Shown here piece by piece: positions 28,875 to 39,754 of a stretch of DNA of 64,000 bases (its first letter is position 1; each line of letters opens with the position of its first letter). The stretch is from Spirochaetia bacterium. Lineage in GTDB: Bacteria > Spirochaetota > Spirochaetia > SZUA-6 > Bin103. Location of the stretch: positions 96,001 to 160,000 of the forward strand of contig CBDAOI010000003.1 of assembly GCA_965198005.1 (NCBI GenBank), in the 5' to 3' direction. The notes below the pieces were generated by a model, which searched no databases, was not told where the DNA came from, and worked only from the letters and a program-made list of their open reading frames with translations. The translations under genes and the position numbers were made by a program.

Positions 28875-30475
28875 GCTGCCGCCGCCCGCGGGGACACCGC
28901 ATACAGCAGCATCTCGTGCTCTCCCAGCTCGGGGTCGCACGCGGCCAGCAGCGCCGGCACCAGATCGGGCCCGTACTGCGCCAGGAAGTGCGCCAGCGGC
29001 AGGATCCGCTCCTGCGGCCGGCCGCGCGGCCAGACCAGGTCGCGCAGCCGCTGCAGCTCGCGCCGGCCGGCGCCGCGCCGGCTCATCAGGGCGCGCGCGG
29101 TGCGTTCCTCCAGGCGCTCCACCGCCCGCTCGGCGTGGCCCAGGCTGCGGCGCCAGGTGTGGACCAGACTGGGGTCCGCGGCCGTGACCGGTTCCTCCAG
29201 CGGCGCCCACAGCGCCTGCAGACTGCCGCGCAGATGGCCGAACGGAGCACGCGCGCCGGCCGGAATCGCGGCGTCGAACGCCGCGCGCACGGAAAACCCG
29301 GGCCCCACGAGCTGGCCGGGGGCCAGACCGTAGGTCGCCAGGGTCGCGCCGGCGGTGGCCGGCAGCAGCGTATAGCTGCGCCGCGGCACCACCAGCGGCT
29401 GCGGGACGCCGAACAGCTCGTAGACGCCCTTGAGCGCGGCGTGGTAGGCCACCTCGCCGGGGCCGAGGACGGTGGCCACCGACGGCAACGCCTGGTCGGC
29501 CAGCACCGGGCGCAGCGTCGCGTCGGTGGACAGCTTCGTGCCCGGGGGCGGCTGCTCGCCGGCCGCGAGCCGCACGCGCCGGCCGGCCGCGTACCGGAAC
29601 AGGGTTCCGGCCCGTTCCGGATCGACCGGCATCGGGTACCCGCCGGCGCCGAGCGCCGCCCCGGCGCGCTGCAGGACGGCGCGCACCTGGGGACCGGCCG
29701 CCAGCGCGCGCCGGAAGAAGTCGGGGTACAGCGGCCGCAGCACGTGCGGCTCCACCAGCACCAGTCCGCGCTCTCCGAACAGCCGCGCCAGCGTCGCCGC
29801 AAGCGCGTGCGCAAAGCCGGTCCCGCCCAGGGCGAACGCCGCGCGCGCGTAGGCGGTAAAGGCACTGGCGGGCTGGCGCTGGAAGAACTCCTCGGCCGCG
29901 CCGGTGACGGCCGTCACCGGCAGGTCGCTGATCGAGCGTCCCTCCTCCTCCCAGGTGAAGCGCACGCGGCGCACGCTGCCGTCACCGGCCAGGTAGTGGG
30001 CGTGGTTGATCTCGCCCAGGTCGTGGTCCTCGGAGGCCAGCCAGAACACCGGCACGCAACGCCGCCCGAGCTGCTCCTGATAGCGCTCGGCCAGCCGGAT
30101 CGCGCTGATAATCTTGTACAGGGTGTAGCCGGGACCACCCATGAAGCCGGCCTGCTGGCCGGTGTGGACGCAACAGCAGTCGGGCTCGGCCAGCGCCCCC
30201 GCCCCCTCCACCGCGGCCGGCGGCGCCCCCAGGGAACGGTTGTAGGCGGTCAGGGCGGCGGCCAGCGCGCGCCGCGCGTCGCCGGCCGCACCGCGCACGC
30301 CGCCGGCAGCCCACCGTACGCGCGCGGCCGCCGCCACGCTGCCCGCCGGATGGGTGAAGTAGCGATCGGCCCGCCCCGCCAGATAGTCGAGGTAGAAGCG
30401 GCTCTCCCCGTATACCCGGCTCAACGGGACGCGGTGGGATTCGGTCAAGCGCACGGGTTCAACCTGCGCCCGCAC
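28865..30475 (-). CDS. bshC: bacillithiol biosynthesis cysteine-adding enzyme
   Basis: TGQQAG..GGP.YTLYK, PVFWLASEDHD, GPGEVAY and PQER motifs. Overlaps bshA. Confidence 0.92.
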   Translation of the reverse strand: MRAQVEPVRLTESHRVPLSRVYGESRFYLDYLAGRADRYFTHPAGSVAAAARVRWAAGGVRGAAGDARRALAAALTAYNRSLGAPPAAVEGAGALAEPDCCCVHTGQQAGFMGGPGYTLYKIISAIRLAERYQEQLGRRCVPVFWLASEDHDLGEINHAHYLAGDGSVRRVRFTWEEEGRSISDLPVTAVTGAAEEFFQRQPASAFTAYARAAFALGGTGFAHALAATLARLFGERGLVLVEPHVLRPLYPDFFRRALAAGPQVRAVLQRAGAALGAGGYPMPVDPERAGTLFRYAAGRRVRLAAGEQPPPGTKLSTDATLRPVLADQALPSVATVLGPGEVAYHAALKGVYELFGVPQPLVVPRRSYTLLPATAGATLATYGLAPGQLVGPGFSVRAAFDAAIPAGARAPFGHLRGSLQALWAPLEEPVTAADPSLVHTWRRSLGHAERAVERLEERTARALMSRRGAGRRELQRLRDLVWPRGRPQERILPLAHFLAQYGPDLVPALLAACDPELGEHEMLLYAVSPRAAAACA

Positions 30476-30499
30476 ACCGAGCGCCCGGATCGACCCCGA

Positions 30500-30757
30500 T
30501 CAACCGGGCAGGCGCGAATGGGTGCCGTCGCAGAACGGTTGGTTGTCAGTCCGCTTGCACTGACACAGCGCGTAGTTGCGTTGCTCCTCCACGGTGAACC
30601 GGAGCGGCTCGAACGGCGTATCCCGGTGCGATCCGTCGCAATACGGTTGGTTCGCGGAGTGGCCGCAGCGGCACCACCAGTAGCTGCCCGGCTCCAGCTC
30701 GAGCACGGCCGGCATGCGTGCGGCGATCTGCGCCTGCTCCCGACTCGCATCATTCAT
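30500..30757 (-). CDS. tandem CDGSH iron-sulfur protein
   Basis: [17 protein letters not shown] and [17 protein letters not shown]. Confidence 0.93.
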   Translation of the reverse strand: MNDASREQAQIAARMPAVLELEPGSYWWCRCGHSANQPYCDGSHRDTPFEPLRFTVEEQRNYALCQCKRTDNQPFCDGTHSRLPG

Positions 30758-30992
30758 CGTCGTGTGGTTACTCCCGCGCAGACTGTACCGAACAAGGCCG
30801 TCGGACTGCAAACGAGGTGCAAACGCGGGGAGCGCGGTTGACTTTTGGCGCCCGAAATCTACATTTAAGGAGTCGGGTAAGGAGTCGGGTTCGCGCTGAG
30901 GAGCGGCCCCTCACATCTCCGCATGTCATCGCCCGCCGCGCCCACCGGATGGCCGCGACGCGGCTGGTGGGGCGGGTATGCTCGGAACAGTC

Positions 30993-32129
30993 ATGCTCAT
31001 ATTTGCACCGAAGGAAACCGAGGCACAGGAACCGCGCGCAGCGGTCACTCCGGAGACCGCGGCCAAGCTCGCCAAGCTGGGAGCCACGGTCGCGGTGGAG
31101 CCGGGGGTCGGCGCCGGCGCCAACTTCATCGACGCCGCCTACGAAAGCGCGGGCGCCGCCTTGCGCGCCGACCGGGCCGCGGCGCTGGGCGAGGCCGACC
31201 TCGTGCTGCGCGTGCGCAAGCCGCCGGCCTCCGAGGTAGGCCTGCTCAAGCAGGGCGCCATCCACGTCAGCTTCCTCGACCCGTTCAATGAGCCGGCGCT
31301 GGTGCAGCAGTTGGCCGCGCAGGGGGTGAGCGCGATCAGCATGGAGCTGGTGCCGCGCTCCACGCGCGCGCAGAAGCTGGACGCGTTGAGCTCGCAGCAC
31401 AGCATCGCCGGCTACTCCATGGTGCTGATGGCCGCCGATCATCTGAAGACGATTCTGCCGATGATGGTCACGCCGTCGGGCACGCTGCAGCCGGCGCGCG
31501 TGTTCGTGATCGGCGCCGGGGTGGCGGGCCTGCAGGCGATCGCCACCGCCAAGCGGCTCGGCGCCCGGGTCGAGGCGTTCGACACCCGGCCGGAGGTGTC
31601 CGAGCAGGTGGAGTCGCTCGGCGCCCGGTTCGTCAAGGTGGACCTCGGCGAGACCGGCCAGACCGAGCGAGGGTACGCCAAGGCCCTCACCCCCGAGCAG
31701 CTCGACAAGCAGCGCGCGGCGATGGCCGCTCGCTGCGCCCAGTCCGACATCGTCATCACCACCGCGCAGCTGTTCGGGCGCAAGGCGCCGGTGGTGGTCA
31801 CCGGCGACATGGTGCGGCGCATGCAGCCGGGCAGCATCATCGTCGACTACGCGGTCGAGTCCGGAGGCAACGTCGAGGGCTCGGTCGCCGGCGAGAACGT
31901 CGACCTGGGCGGAGTGCTGATCATCGGCTACCGCAACATTCCGGGGCGGCTGGCCACCTCCGCCAGCCAGATGTACGCCAACAACCTGTACAATTTCGTC
32001 GACGAATTCTGGGATGCGGACCGCAGTTCGTTGACCCTGAACCGCGACGACGAGATCATCTCCGACAGCCTGCTGACCCACGGCGGCGAGCTGGTCAACG
32101 AGATGGTCAAGAGCATAACCAGCGGCTGA
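30993..32129 (+). CDS. pntA: NAD(P) transhydrogenase alpha subunit, part 1
   Basis: RAQKLDALSSQ, IGAGVAGLQAIATAKRLGA and GGNVEG motifs. Confidence 0.95.
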   Translation: MLIFAPKETEAQEPRAAVTPETAAKLAKLGATVAVEPGVGAGANFIDAAYESAGAALRADRAAALGEADLVLRVRKPPASEVGLLKQGAIHVSFLDPFNEPALVQQLAAQGVSAISMELVPRSTRAQKLDALSSQHSIAGYSMVLMAADHLKTILPMMVTPSGTLQPARVFVIGAGVAGLQAIATAKRLGARVEAFDTRPEVSEQVESLGARFVKVDLGETGQTERGYAKALTPEQLDKQRAAMAARCAQSDIVITTAQLFGRKAPVVVTGDMVRRMQPGSIIVDYAVESGGNVEGSVAGENVDLGGVLIIGYRNIPGRLATSASQMYANNLYNFVDEFWDADRSSLTLNRDDEIISDSLLTHGGELVNEMVKSITSG

Positions 32130-32169
32130 ACGTGCCGTAGCCGTAAGCAGCCAAGATCCGAGGAATCCG

Positions 32170-32493
32170 ATGGAAGCGCTACAACAGTTCGAGTTCCTGT
32201 TCTTCATCTTCATCCTGGCCATGTTTCTCGGCCTGGAGCTGATCCCCAAGGTGCCGTCGCAGTTGCACACGCCGCTGATGTCCGGCTCCAACGCCATCTC
32301 CGGCATCTCGCTGGTGGGCGCGCTGATCACGCTGGACATCAACAACGCGGGCAGCACCCTCACCACCATTCTGGGGGCGTGCGCCGTGGGATTCGCCACC
32401 ATCAACGTGGTGGGCGGCTACCTGGTGACCGACCGCATGCTGGAGATGTTCAAGACCCGGCCGGCGCCTGACAAGAAGGAGAGCGGCGCGTGA
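32170..32493 (+). CDS. pntA: NAD(P) transhydrogenase alpha subunit, part 2 (membrane)
   Basis: LHTPLMSGSNAISGI and NVVGGYLVTDRMLEMF motifs. Confidence 0.95.
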   Translation: MEALQQFEFLFFIFILAMFLGLELIPKVPSQLHTPLMSGSNAISGISLVGALITLDINNAGSTLTTILGACAVGFATINVVGGYLVTDRMLEMFKTRPAPDKKESGA

Positions 32494-33932
32494 GCTTCAT
32501 CACCCCGGTCCTCTACATCGTCTCCGCGATCCTGTTCGTGTTCGGCATCAAGCAGCTCTCCAAGGCGACCACCGCGCGCCGCGGCAACGCCACCAGCGCG
32601 CTCGGCATGCTGATTGCCGTGATCGCCACCCTGGTGGGGCGGGGCTTCCAGTTCCAGTGGATCATCCTCGGCGCCCTGGCGGGAGCGATCGTTGGCGTGC
32701 TGGCCTCGCGGCTGGTCAAGATGACGGCCATGCCGGAGATGGTGGCGCTGTTCAACGGCTTCGGCGGTCTGGCCAGTCTGCTGGTCGGCTGGGGCACCTA
32801 TCAGGTGGTGGCCGACGCGCTGGGCGTGGGCTGGGGGGCTCCGGCGCTGGATGCCGCCAAATCCGCCGAGTTCATGCTGCGAATCGGCGGCAGCTTTTCC
32901 TCCGCCACCATCTACCTGGCGATCCTGATCGGCGGCGTGACCTTCACCGGCAGCGTGATCGCGTGGGGCAAGCTCAGCGGCGCGGTCACCCAGAAGCCGT
33001 TGCTGTTCCCCGGCCAGAACGTGGTCAACTCCCTGATCCTGCTGGCGATCCTGGTGGGCGCGGTGTGGTTCACCGTCAACCCCGACCAGTACTGGATCGC
33101 GGTGGTGGCCACCGCGGTGGCGCTGGTGCTCGGCATCATGTTGGTGATCCCCATCGGCGGCGCCGACATGCCGGTGGTGATCTCGCTGCTCAACAGCTAC
33201 TCGGGATTGGCCGCGTGCGCCGCCGGCTTCGTGATCCGCAACAACCTGCTGATCATCACCGGCGCGCTGGTGGGGGCGAGCGGCATCATCCTCACCAGCA
33301 TCATGTGCAAGGCGATGAACCGGTCGCTGGGCAACGTCCTGTTCAGCGGCTTCGGGGCGGCCGGCGGGTCGACCAGCGGCAGCGCGGTCCAGGGCGAGGC
33401 CAAGCCGATGCAGGCCAGCGACGCCTACTACATCCTGGAGGCCGCCAGCTCGGTGGTGGTGATTCCCGGCTACGGCATGGCGGTGGCGCAGGCCCAGCAC
33501 GCGGTGCGCGAGCTGGCCGAGATCCTGGAGCACAACGGCACCGAGGTGAGGTACGCTATCCACCCGGTGGCCGGGCGCATGCCGGGGCACATGAACGTGC
33601 TGCTGGCCGAGGCCAACGTCAGCTACGACCAATTGGTGGAGATGGACTCGATCAACCCGACCATGGACAAGGTGGACGTGGCGATCGTGATCGGCGCCAA
33701 CGACGTGGTGAACCCGGCCGCGCGCGAGGACCAGGGCAGCCCGATCTACGGCATGCCGATCATCGACGCCGACAAGGCGCGCACCTGCTTCATCCTCAAG
33801 CGCTCGATGGCCAGCGGCTTCGCCGGCATCGACAACCCGCTGTTCTTCCGCGCCAACTCCTACATGATCTTCGGCGACGCCAAGTCCACCGTCGAAGGCC
33901 TGGTCACCGAGTTCAAGGACGCCGTGGCGTAG
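32490..33932 (+). CDS. pntB: NAD(P) transhydrogenase beta subunit
   Basis: IGGADMPVVISLLNSYSG, PGYGMAVAQAQ, HPVAGRMPGHMNVLLAEA and GANDVVNP motifs. Confidence 0.97.
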   Translation: MSFITPVLYIVSAILFVFGIKQLSKATTARRGNATSALGMLIAVIATLVGRGFQFQWIILGALAGAIVGVLASRLVKMTAMPEMVALFNGFGGLASLLVGWGTYQVVADALGVGWGAPALDAAKSAEFMLRIGGSFSSATIYLAILIGGVTFTGSVIAWGKLSGAVTQKPLLFPGQNVVNSLILLAILVGAVWFTVNPDQYWIAVVATAVALVLGIMLVIPIGGADMPVVISLLNSYSGLAACAAGFVIRNNLLIITGALVGASGIILTSIMCKAMNRSLGNVLFSGFGAAGGSTSGSAVQGEAKPMQASDAYYILEAASSVVVIPGYGMAVAQAQHAVRELAEILEHNGTEVRYAIHPVAGRMPGHMNVLLAEANVSYDQLVEMDSINPTMDKVDVAIVIGANDVVNPAAREDQGSPIYGMPIIDADKARTCFILKRSMASGFAGIDNPLFFRANSYMIFGDAKSTVEGLVTEFKDAVA

Positions 33933-34451
33933 CGCTCAGCGCTCCCAACCGGGGCTCCGACCGCCCTCGATGGCATAGACGCCAAGTCCACCGGGGTTTG
34001 ACGGTCACAACGCGTGCGCTACAATGGCTATGCCATTGCGTTCAAGGCGGACAAGTTTCCACCATCAAGGAGCATTTTCAAACTACAACGGATATCGAGC
34101 GCCAGTTGCGTGGTGCCAAGTGTCTGGTAGCCTATTGCCGCGCGATCGGGAGCCACGCAGACCCGTCCACGATAATCCGGCGAACATGCTGAAACTATCT
34201 GCGCCCAACGGGATACTCCAATTCGGAAAGCTGCTGTGACGATTGAACTGCATCGAGCGGAGCCGTATAACGGCTGGTCGCAGGAGTGCGCCGCGCCCTC
34301 GAAAAAACCATCAGGCAGGTACGCAGCCGCTTGGCAGCGGCTCACAATCGCCTCGCCGTGGCACTGAAGGAACACAACCGGGACACCGCCACTGAAGCTG
34401 AACTACCGAGGGCGTCATCTTGAGGAGAGACTGACTCGACTGCGGGGACCG

Positions 34452-34515
34452 GTGCCGGTGATCCTCGTGACCGGGGCCAGGCAGGCCGGCAAGAGCACGC
34501 TGCTGACTCATTTGG
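34452..34515 (+). pseudogene. N-terminal scrap of an AAA_14-type ATPase
   Basis: PVILVTGARQAGKSTLLTHL Walker A, then abrupt loss of similarity. Confidence 0.7.
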
Positions 34516-34858
34516 GTGTAGGTCTCGTATTGAGATTGCAGCGCAGGGGTGACAAAGTGTCACGCAGGGCGGTGCGAGCGCGTGCGACCGCTGACCTCCT
34601 CGGGCGCGTCCGAGCGGGCGCGGGGCGCTCTCCAAAAAAAATCGAAAAATCGCTGTTGAGCGGCGTTTGGAGCTTGACACGGTTTTCACAGCCCGCCTCG
34701 GCCCCGCGCCAACCCACGCCACCATCTCCCGCACAAGCGGCGTAGCCTGCGCTGGAGCGGCCGCCAACGCCAATCCGGCCACGAAACTCCAAAATCGCCG
34801 AACCAAGCCCGCCACCGCCGCCTACGGCCCCGTCCAAAACCGGGTGTACCATACAGCC

Positions 34859-36172
34859 ATGGAAACCGCCATGGAACAATCAGCATCCCGCACGGCGCCG
34901 CCACCGGCCCCCTCGACCTGGATCAGCTCGGCGACCGCCGCGCGCGAGAAGCTGCGCGTCGCCGCCGCCCTGGCCGACCTCAACCACGTGAGCGCCGCCA
35001 TGGCCGGCGGCGTGCTGTCCTATTCGAAGGTACGGGCGCTTTCTCGGGTGGCGACCCCGCGCACCGAGGCGCGGCTGCTGGCGGTGGCGTGCGGCGCGAC
35101 CGCCGAGCAGGTGGAGCGGCTGGTGCGCGGCTGGCGGCGGGTGGACCGGGAGCAAGCGGCGGCCGGCGACGATGGCGCGCAGGTGCGCTTGGCGCGGCGC
35201 GGGTTGAGCCTGCGGGTGGACGAAGACGGGACGGTGGTGCTGCGCGGGCGGTTGCTGCCGGAGGTGGGGGCGGTGGTGCTGCGGGCGCTGGAGGCGGCGC
35301 TGGAGCAGGTGCCGGCGGCGGCGGCGGACGGCACGGAGCGCACTGCCTCGCAACGGCGCGCGGATGCGCTGGGGGTGGTGGCGGAGAGCGCGCTGGCGGG
35401 CAAGCTGGACCCGGGCGCGGCCGGTGACCGCTACCAGGTGACGGTGCACGTGGACGCGGCGGCGTTGGCCGCCCCCGAGACTGCCCGTGAGACTGCCCCC
35501 GAGACTGCTCGCGACATTGCCTCCGACGCGCCGGAGATTTCCGCGGAAACGTGCGCCGGTGCTCCGGCCGCGGCAGCGAGCGCCCCAGGCGGCCGAACCC
35601 GCGGGCCAGCCGGCCGACCATCCCGCGCCAATGCCACTGCGGCGGCAGCCGGCTGCGCGGCCGCTGACGCCGGCGCAGTTTCAGCGGAAACGCGGGGCAC
35701 CGGCCGGACTGCGCCACCGGCGATGCCGGCAGCACCGTGCGCCGCCGGTGAGACTGCCGCCCAGCCGGTCGCACCGCCGGTCACCGCTCCCGTCGCGGAC
35801 GCCCCTGAGCACCCCGACGCTCGTCACCCCGCCGCCGACGCGCAGGTCCCCGCACCGGTGGCACCGGCGCCGGCGGCCGACTCCACCCGCGCCGCCGACG
35901 CGGCGGTCATCGAACAGGCGAATGGCATTCACCTCGCTGCGACCGCAGCCCGCCGCATCGCCTGCGACGCCGGCCGCGTGCTGGTGACACACGCTCCCGA
36001 CGGCGCAGTCCTGGAGGTCGGGCGCAGAACGCGCACGGTGCCGACCCCGTTGCGCCGCGCGCTGGAGGTCAGAGACCACCATCAGTGTCAGTTCCCCGGC
36101 TGTCAGCTCCGCCACTGCGACGCGCATCACGTCGTGCACTGGGCAGACGGCGGGGCGACGCGACTTTCTAAC
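34859..36172 (+). pseudogene. DUF222-HNH endonuclease gene, N-terminally damaged and truncated inside the HNH motif by an insertion
   Basis: AREKLRVA..LSYSKVRAL, RRIACDA and VGRRTR..LRRALEVRD..CQFPGC..HHVVHWADGGAT.LSN. The expected final LC..HH is replaced by IS sequence. Confidence 0.85.
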
Positions 36173-36925
36173 TTCAGACTTCCTGACCTCAGCCGGAATC
36201 AGGTGACACTTTCTGGCGGCGGATCACCGGCCACCTCGTAGACGAGCCTGAGTTCGGTGCCGGGATAGATCGTGCGGGTGGCGTTGAGTTCCTTGATCAG
36301 AGGAGCGAGCATTCGGTCACAGGCGTCGCTGCCGAGGCCCAGAAGCTGGATCCGCAGAATTCCCTTGGCCGGCTCGGGAATGATGTTGGCGGCGGAGGTC
36401 AGCAACGCGCGCAGCAGCCTGCGGGCATTCGGTTTCTTGCCCTGGGCGCTGATCACGGGCGCCATCATCCGGGTCTCCGCGCGATAAGCGATCATCCGCA
36501 CCACGTCCATGAACAGCCGCCCGCCAACGGGAAGGGCGTCCAGCCGGTCCTGCTCCGACAGGTCGCCGGCGCGGACATGGGTAGGGGTGTCGGCCCGCTC
36601 CTGCCTGAGTGCCTCGAGTCGTTCGTCCAGCGCCTGGGCGTCAGCCTCAAGGCGAGTGGTGGTGTCCCGGTTGGGTTCCTTCAGTGCCACGGCGAGGCGA
36701 TTGCGGGCCGCTGACAAGCGGCTGCGTACCCGCCTGATGGTCTTTTCGAGGGCGCGGCGCACGGGGTTCACGACCTGTGCGTCGGGGTCAATCGGATCAA
36801 GGTCATGGGTGGGCAGGGAGTCGAGGTTGAACTGCTCGCGCAGGTACTTGAAGAAGTTCTCCTGCGACCAGCGCGAGAACATGGAGCCGGCGACCTGCTC
36901 CAAGGGCATCTTGTTGCCCGCCAGG
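36173..36925 (-). mobile_element. 3' part and right end of an unclassified (ISNCY-like) transposase element
   Basis: MFSRWSQENFFKY..F.LD and MIAYRAET motifs. Element end reads GGTCAGGAAGTCTGA on the minus strand. The 5' part is replaced by the next transposon. Confidence 0.78.
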
Positions 36926-37063
36926 TGAGATTTCCGGGATGTGGACAAATCCGCCAGTGGGGGTAGGATAGGTTCGTCCGGGAAGCGTTCCGGAGATCAC
37001 GAAAAAAGATAGGGGCCACCGCCAGTACTTACTCCGGGTACAACGGTGACCCCCACCTAAAAG

Positions 37064-37735
37064 CTGGATCATCCTGAACTAGACGGCTTCGACTTTCAAG
37101 CCTACCGCCAATCCCTGATCAGAGAAGGCGGCAAGCGTCCCTGCGTGCTGTGCGGGGAGAGCCATGCGGTGGTGATTCATTGCTACTGCAAACGCCTGGT
37201 GCGGTGCACCGACGGCAGTAATCACCAACACCTGATCGTGGTGATCATCTGTGAGCGGGCGCGGGAAGCGGGCGCCCAGTACACCAAACGCATGCTGCCG
37301 TGGTTTGTGATTCCCGAGTGCAACATCAGGCTCGACCTGGTGCTCGAGCTGCGGAAGAAGCACCCCACGGCCGGCAGCGCGCGTGACCACGGCTACGCGG
37401 TGATCGGCAGTCCCTGTGAGCGCACCATCGCTCGTCATCTGCTGTGGGTGGACGACAACATCGCAGCGATGCTGCTGGAGGTGAACGAGTGGGTGGCCGA
37501 GCTGGCGCCGTTCACCGCCTTGCCACCGGTGCGCGTGGGCGAAGGTGCGCTGGCGCAGTTGCGGCGCTCAGTGGCCGCGCTGGAGGATGCCAGACAGGCC
37601 GCGCTCGGTATCACCGTAGCGTTCACCGTTATCGGCTGCGTTCACCTCGCCTACGTCGCGGAGCGCGCCCGGAGCCCCCCGCCGATTCCATTGAGTCTAG
37701 TATTTCGAGGCGGCTGTTGGTTCGATACCACTTAA
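37064..37735 (+). CDS. DUF6431-like Zn-binding transposon protein
   Basis: PCVLCG..HCY..IIC..MLPWFVIP pattern. Frame is open from 37064 (CTG), so the start is uncertain. Confidence 0.6.
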   Translation: MDHPELDGFDFQAYRQSLIREGGKRPCVLCGESHAVVIHCYCKRLVRCTDGSNHQHLIVVIICERAREAGAQYTKRMLPWFVIPECNIRLDLVLELRKKHPTAGSARDHGYAVIGSPCERTIARHLLWVDDNIAAMLLEVNEWVAELAPFTALPPVRVGEGALAQLRRSVAALEDARQAALGITVAFTVIGCVHLAYVAERARSPPPIPLSLVFRGGCWFDTT

Positions 37736-37760
37736 GCATCCACCCTCAGGAGGCATCAAA

Positions 37761-38354
37761 GTGGATCAACTACTGGTTTCCCCCGACCGTTTGGCGCAGC
37801 TGGAAGAGCTGCTGCTGCTCTTTCATCGGATCTTGACCGAACCGACGCCACCGCCACGCCGCCGCGACTGGTTGCTGGAGCATTGCCGGCGCAGGAGCGC
37901 CGATGAGCGCGATCTGTGGCGTGCCCTGGCTGGCTACCGCAGCAGCGATGCGACGGCGTTGCTGCACGCCGACCACACTCGGGGGTCGATCTTCAGCCGC
38001 CAGGCGGCGCTGGTGCGGGAGAACATTCTGAGCCAGCTCATCGATGCTCCCCAGTGCGTGCTGGGCGGGTTCGATGAACTCTCCCAGCTGCTGCAGCTGA
38101 TCGGCGACCGGTTGCAGTTTCTCTGTGACTGGGTGCTGGAGTTGTTCCTCACTCCCGAGCCGTGGCAGCCGATCGATTCACACCACCTGGAGGTAGCCGG
38201 CGAGGTGCTGCTGCAGAAGCTCGCCGAGGAGGTCGAGCGCCTGCGTGAGCTGTACGCTGAGCAGCCCCGCCTGTCCCTCGACGAGCTCACCAGCGAGTAC
38301 CGCGATTGGCTGTGCCGGCGGGCCGTCGTCGGCGAGCGCGAGGACCTCGAATGA
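37761..38354 (+). CDS. hypothetical helical protein within the transposon
   Basis: AGGAGG RBS. ATGA-coupled to the transposase. Confidence 0.7.
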   Translation: MDQLLVSPDRLAQLEELLLLFHRILTEPTPPPRRRDWLLEHCRRRSADERDLWRALAGYRSSDATALLHADHTRGSIFSRQAALVRENILSQLIDAPQCVLGGFDELSQLLQLIGDRLQFLCDWVLELFLTPEPWQPIDSHHLEVAGEVLLQKLAEEVERLRELYAEQPRLSLDELTSEYRDWLCRRAVVGEREDLE

Positions 38355-39754
38355 GCGGCCCCGACTTCCCTTGGGAGCAGATCCCGGACGCGGCCATGGA
38401 GGCGTTTGACGAACGCCTGCGCTTGGTCGAGATGCTGCTCGACCCGCACATCGGGAACGCCGACAAACGCGCGGAACGCCGGCGCTACTGCGAGCAGCAT
38501 CGGGTTGGGGAGCGCACCATCAGAGGCTACCTCCACCGCTATCGCAAGAAGGGCCCCCGGGGGCTGCTGTTCTACCGGCCGCGGCCCACCTCGCCTCGCG
38601 TCCACGATCCTGGGCTGCGCGCCAAGCTCCTCGATCTGGTCAACGAGCTGCCCACCAGGAGCGTCCCCCAACTGCGCAAGCTGCTCGCCACCGACGATCA
38701 GTTGGGCAGCAAGATCAAACGCATCTCAGATCGCACCATCTACCGCTTCCTGGCCGAGCAGGGTCTCACCCAACAGGTCCGCTACCGCATGCTCGCTGAA
38801 GACTCGCGCAGCTCCTACCGCTCGTTCGAGGCACCGCACTCCCTGGCCCTCCTGCAGGCCGACGCCCGCGACGGCATCTGGCTCGACACCCCCCAAGGCC
38901 GCAAGAAAACCTACCTGTTCCTCTGGATCGACGACTTCTCCCGCAAAATCCTGTTCGGCAAGTACTATTTCGACGAGAAGCTGCCCGCCCTGATGGACAG
39001 CTTCCGCTATTGCGTCCTGCGTTACGGCGTGCCGGTTCGGTGCTACGTCGACAACGGAAAAGTTTACATCTCGCGCCACATGCTGGCCATCCTGGTCGAG
39101 TTACAGGTCAAACGAGTGCGCCACCCGCCCTATCAAAGCTATTGCAAGGGGAAAGTCGAGGCGCTCAACAAGATCATCAAGAACCAGTTCCAACGTGAGG
39201 CCCAAGTCGCCGGGATGCGTACTCTCGATGAACTGAACTCCGCCTTCTGGGCCTGGATGGATCTGGAATACAACGTCCGCGTCCACTCAGCCACCGGCCA
39301 GAGTCCCGATGCACGTTTCCGCGACGGGCTGCCCGCCGACCACCGCCGGATCACCGATCTGGAGACCTTCAACGCCCTGTTCCTGTGGCGCGAACGGCGC
39401 ACCGTCACCAAGTACGGCAGGATCAAGCTGCACGGCAACCAATACCCTGTCACCAGCGTCCCCCATGGCAGCGTCGTCGAGGTCCGCTTCGATCCCTACG
39501 ACCTCGCCCAGCTTGCCATCTACGACCCCGGCGGCGGCCTGCTGGAGACCACCAGCACTTCCAAACAGGTCACCACACAGGTGCCGGCGGTCCCCGAGGA
39601 GTCCCGCGCCAAGCCGCCTGAGGTGTCGGCCGCCGCCCGGGACTACTTCACCCGCCTGCGCGAGCAGCACCACGCCCGGCTTCGCGACCGTAACCAGACT
39701 TCGTTCAGCCAGTTCCGCACTACCCCCAAGGAGCACCACGATGCAGATGCATGA
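38351..39754 (+). CDS. DDE transposase/integrase (rve with Mu-like C-terminal domain)
   Basis: N-terminal HTH, LQADA, YVDNGKVY, KGKVE, YN.RVHSATGQSP and VRFDPYDL. Confidence 0.92.
   Translation: MSGPDFPWEQIPDAAMEAFDERLRLVEMLLDPHIGNADKRAERRRYCEQHRVGERTIRGYLHRYRKKGPRGLLFYRPRPTSPRVHDPGLRAKLLDLVNELPTRSVPQLRKLLATDDQLGSKIKRISDRTIYRFLAEQGLTQQVRYRMLAEDSRSSYRSFEAPHSLALLQADARDGIWLDTPQGRKKTYLFLWIDDFSRKILFGKYYFDEKLPALMDSFRYCVLRYGVPVRCYVDNGKVYISRHMLAILVELQVKRVRHPPYQSYCKGKVEALNKIIKNQFQREAQVAGMRTLDELNSAFWAWMDLEYNVRVHSATGQSPDARFRDGLPADHRRITDLETFNALFLWRERRTVTKYGRIKLHGNQYPVTSVPHGSVVEVRFDPYDLAQLAIYDPGGGLLETTSTSKQVTTQVPAVPEESRAKPPEVSAAARDYFTRLREQHHARLRDRNQTSFSQFRTTPKEHHDADA

Noticed and set aside
1082-33632. 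Many long antisense and alternate-frame ORFs, such as 1082-2818, 14418-16523, 20442-22526 and 28916-30841
   Set aside because: Shadow ORFs of high-GC genes. They are Arg/Ala/Pro-rich, lack motifs and overlap well-supported genes.
35460-35900. Ala/Pro-rich repeats (GAGACTGCCC) inside the DUF222 gene
   Set aside because: Variable low-complexity linkers are ordinary in DUF222-HNH proteins.
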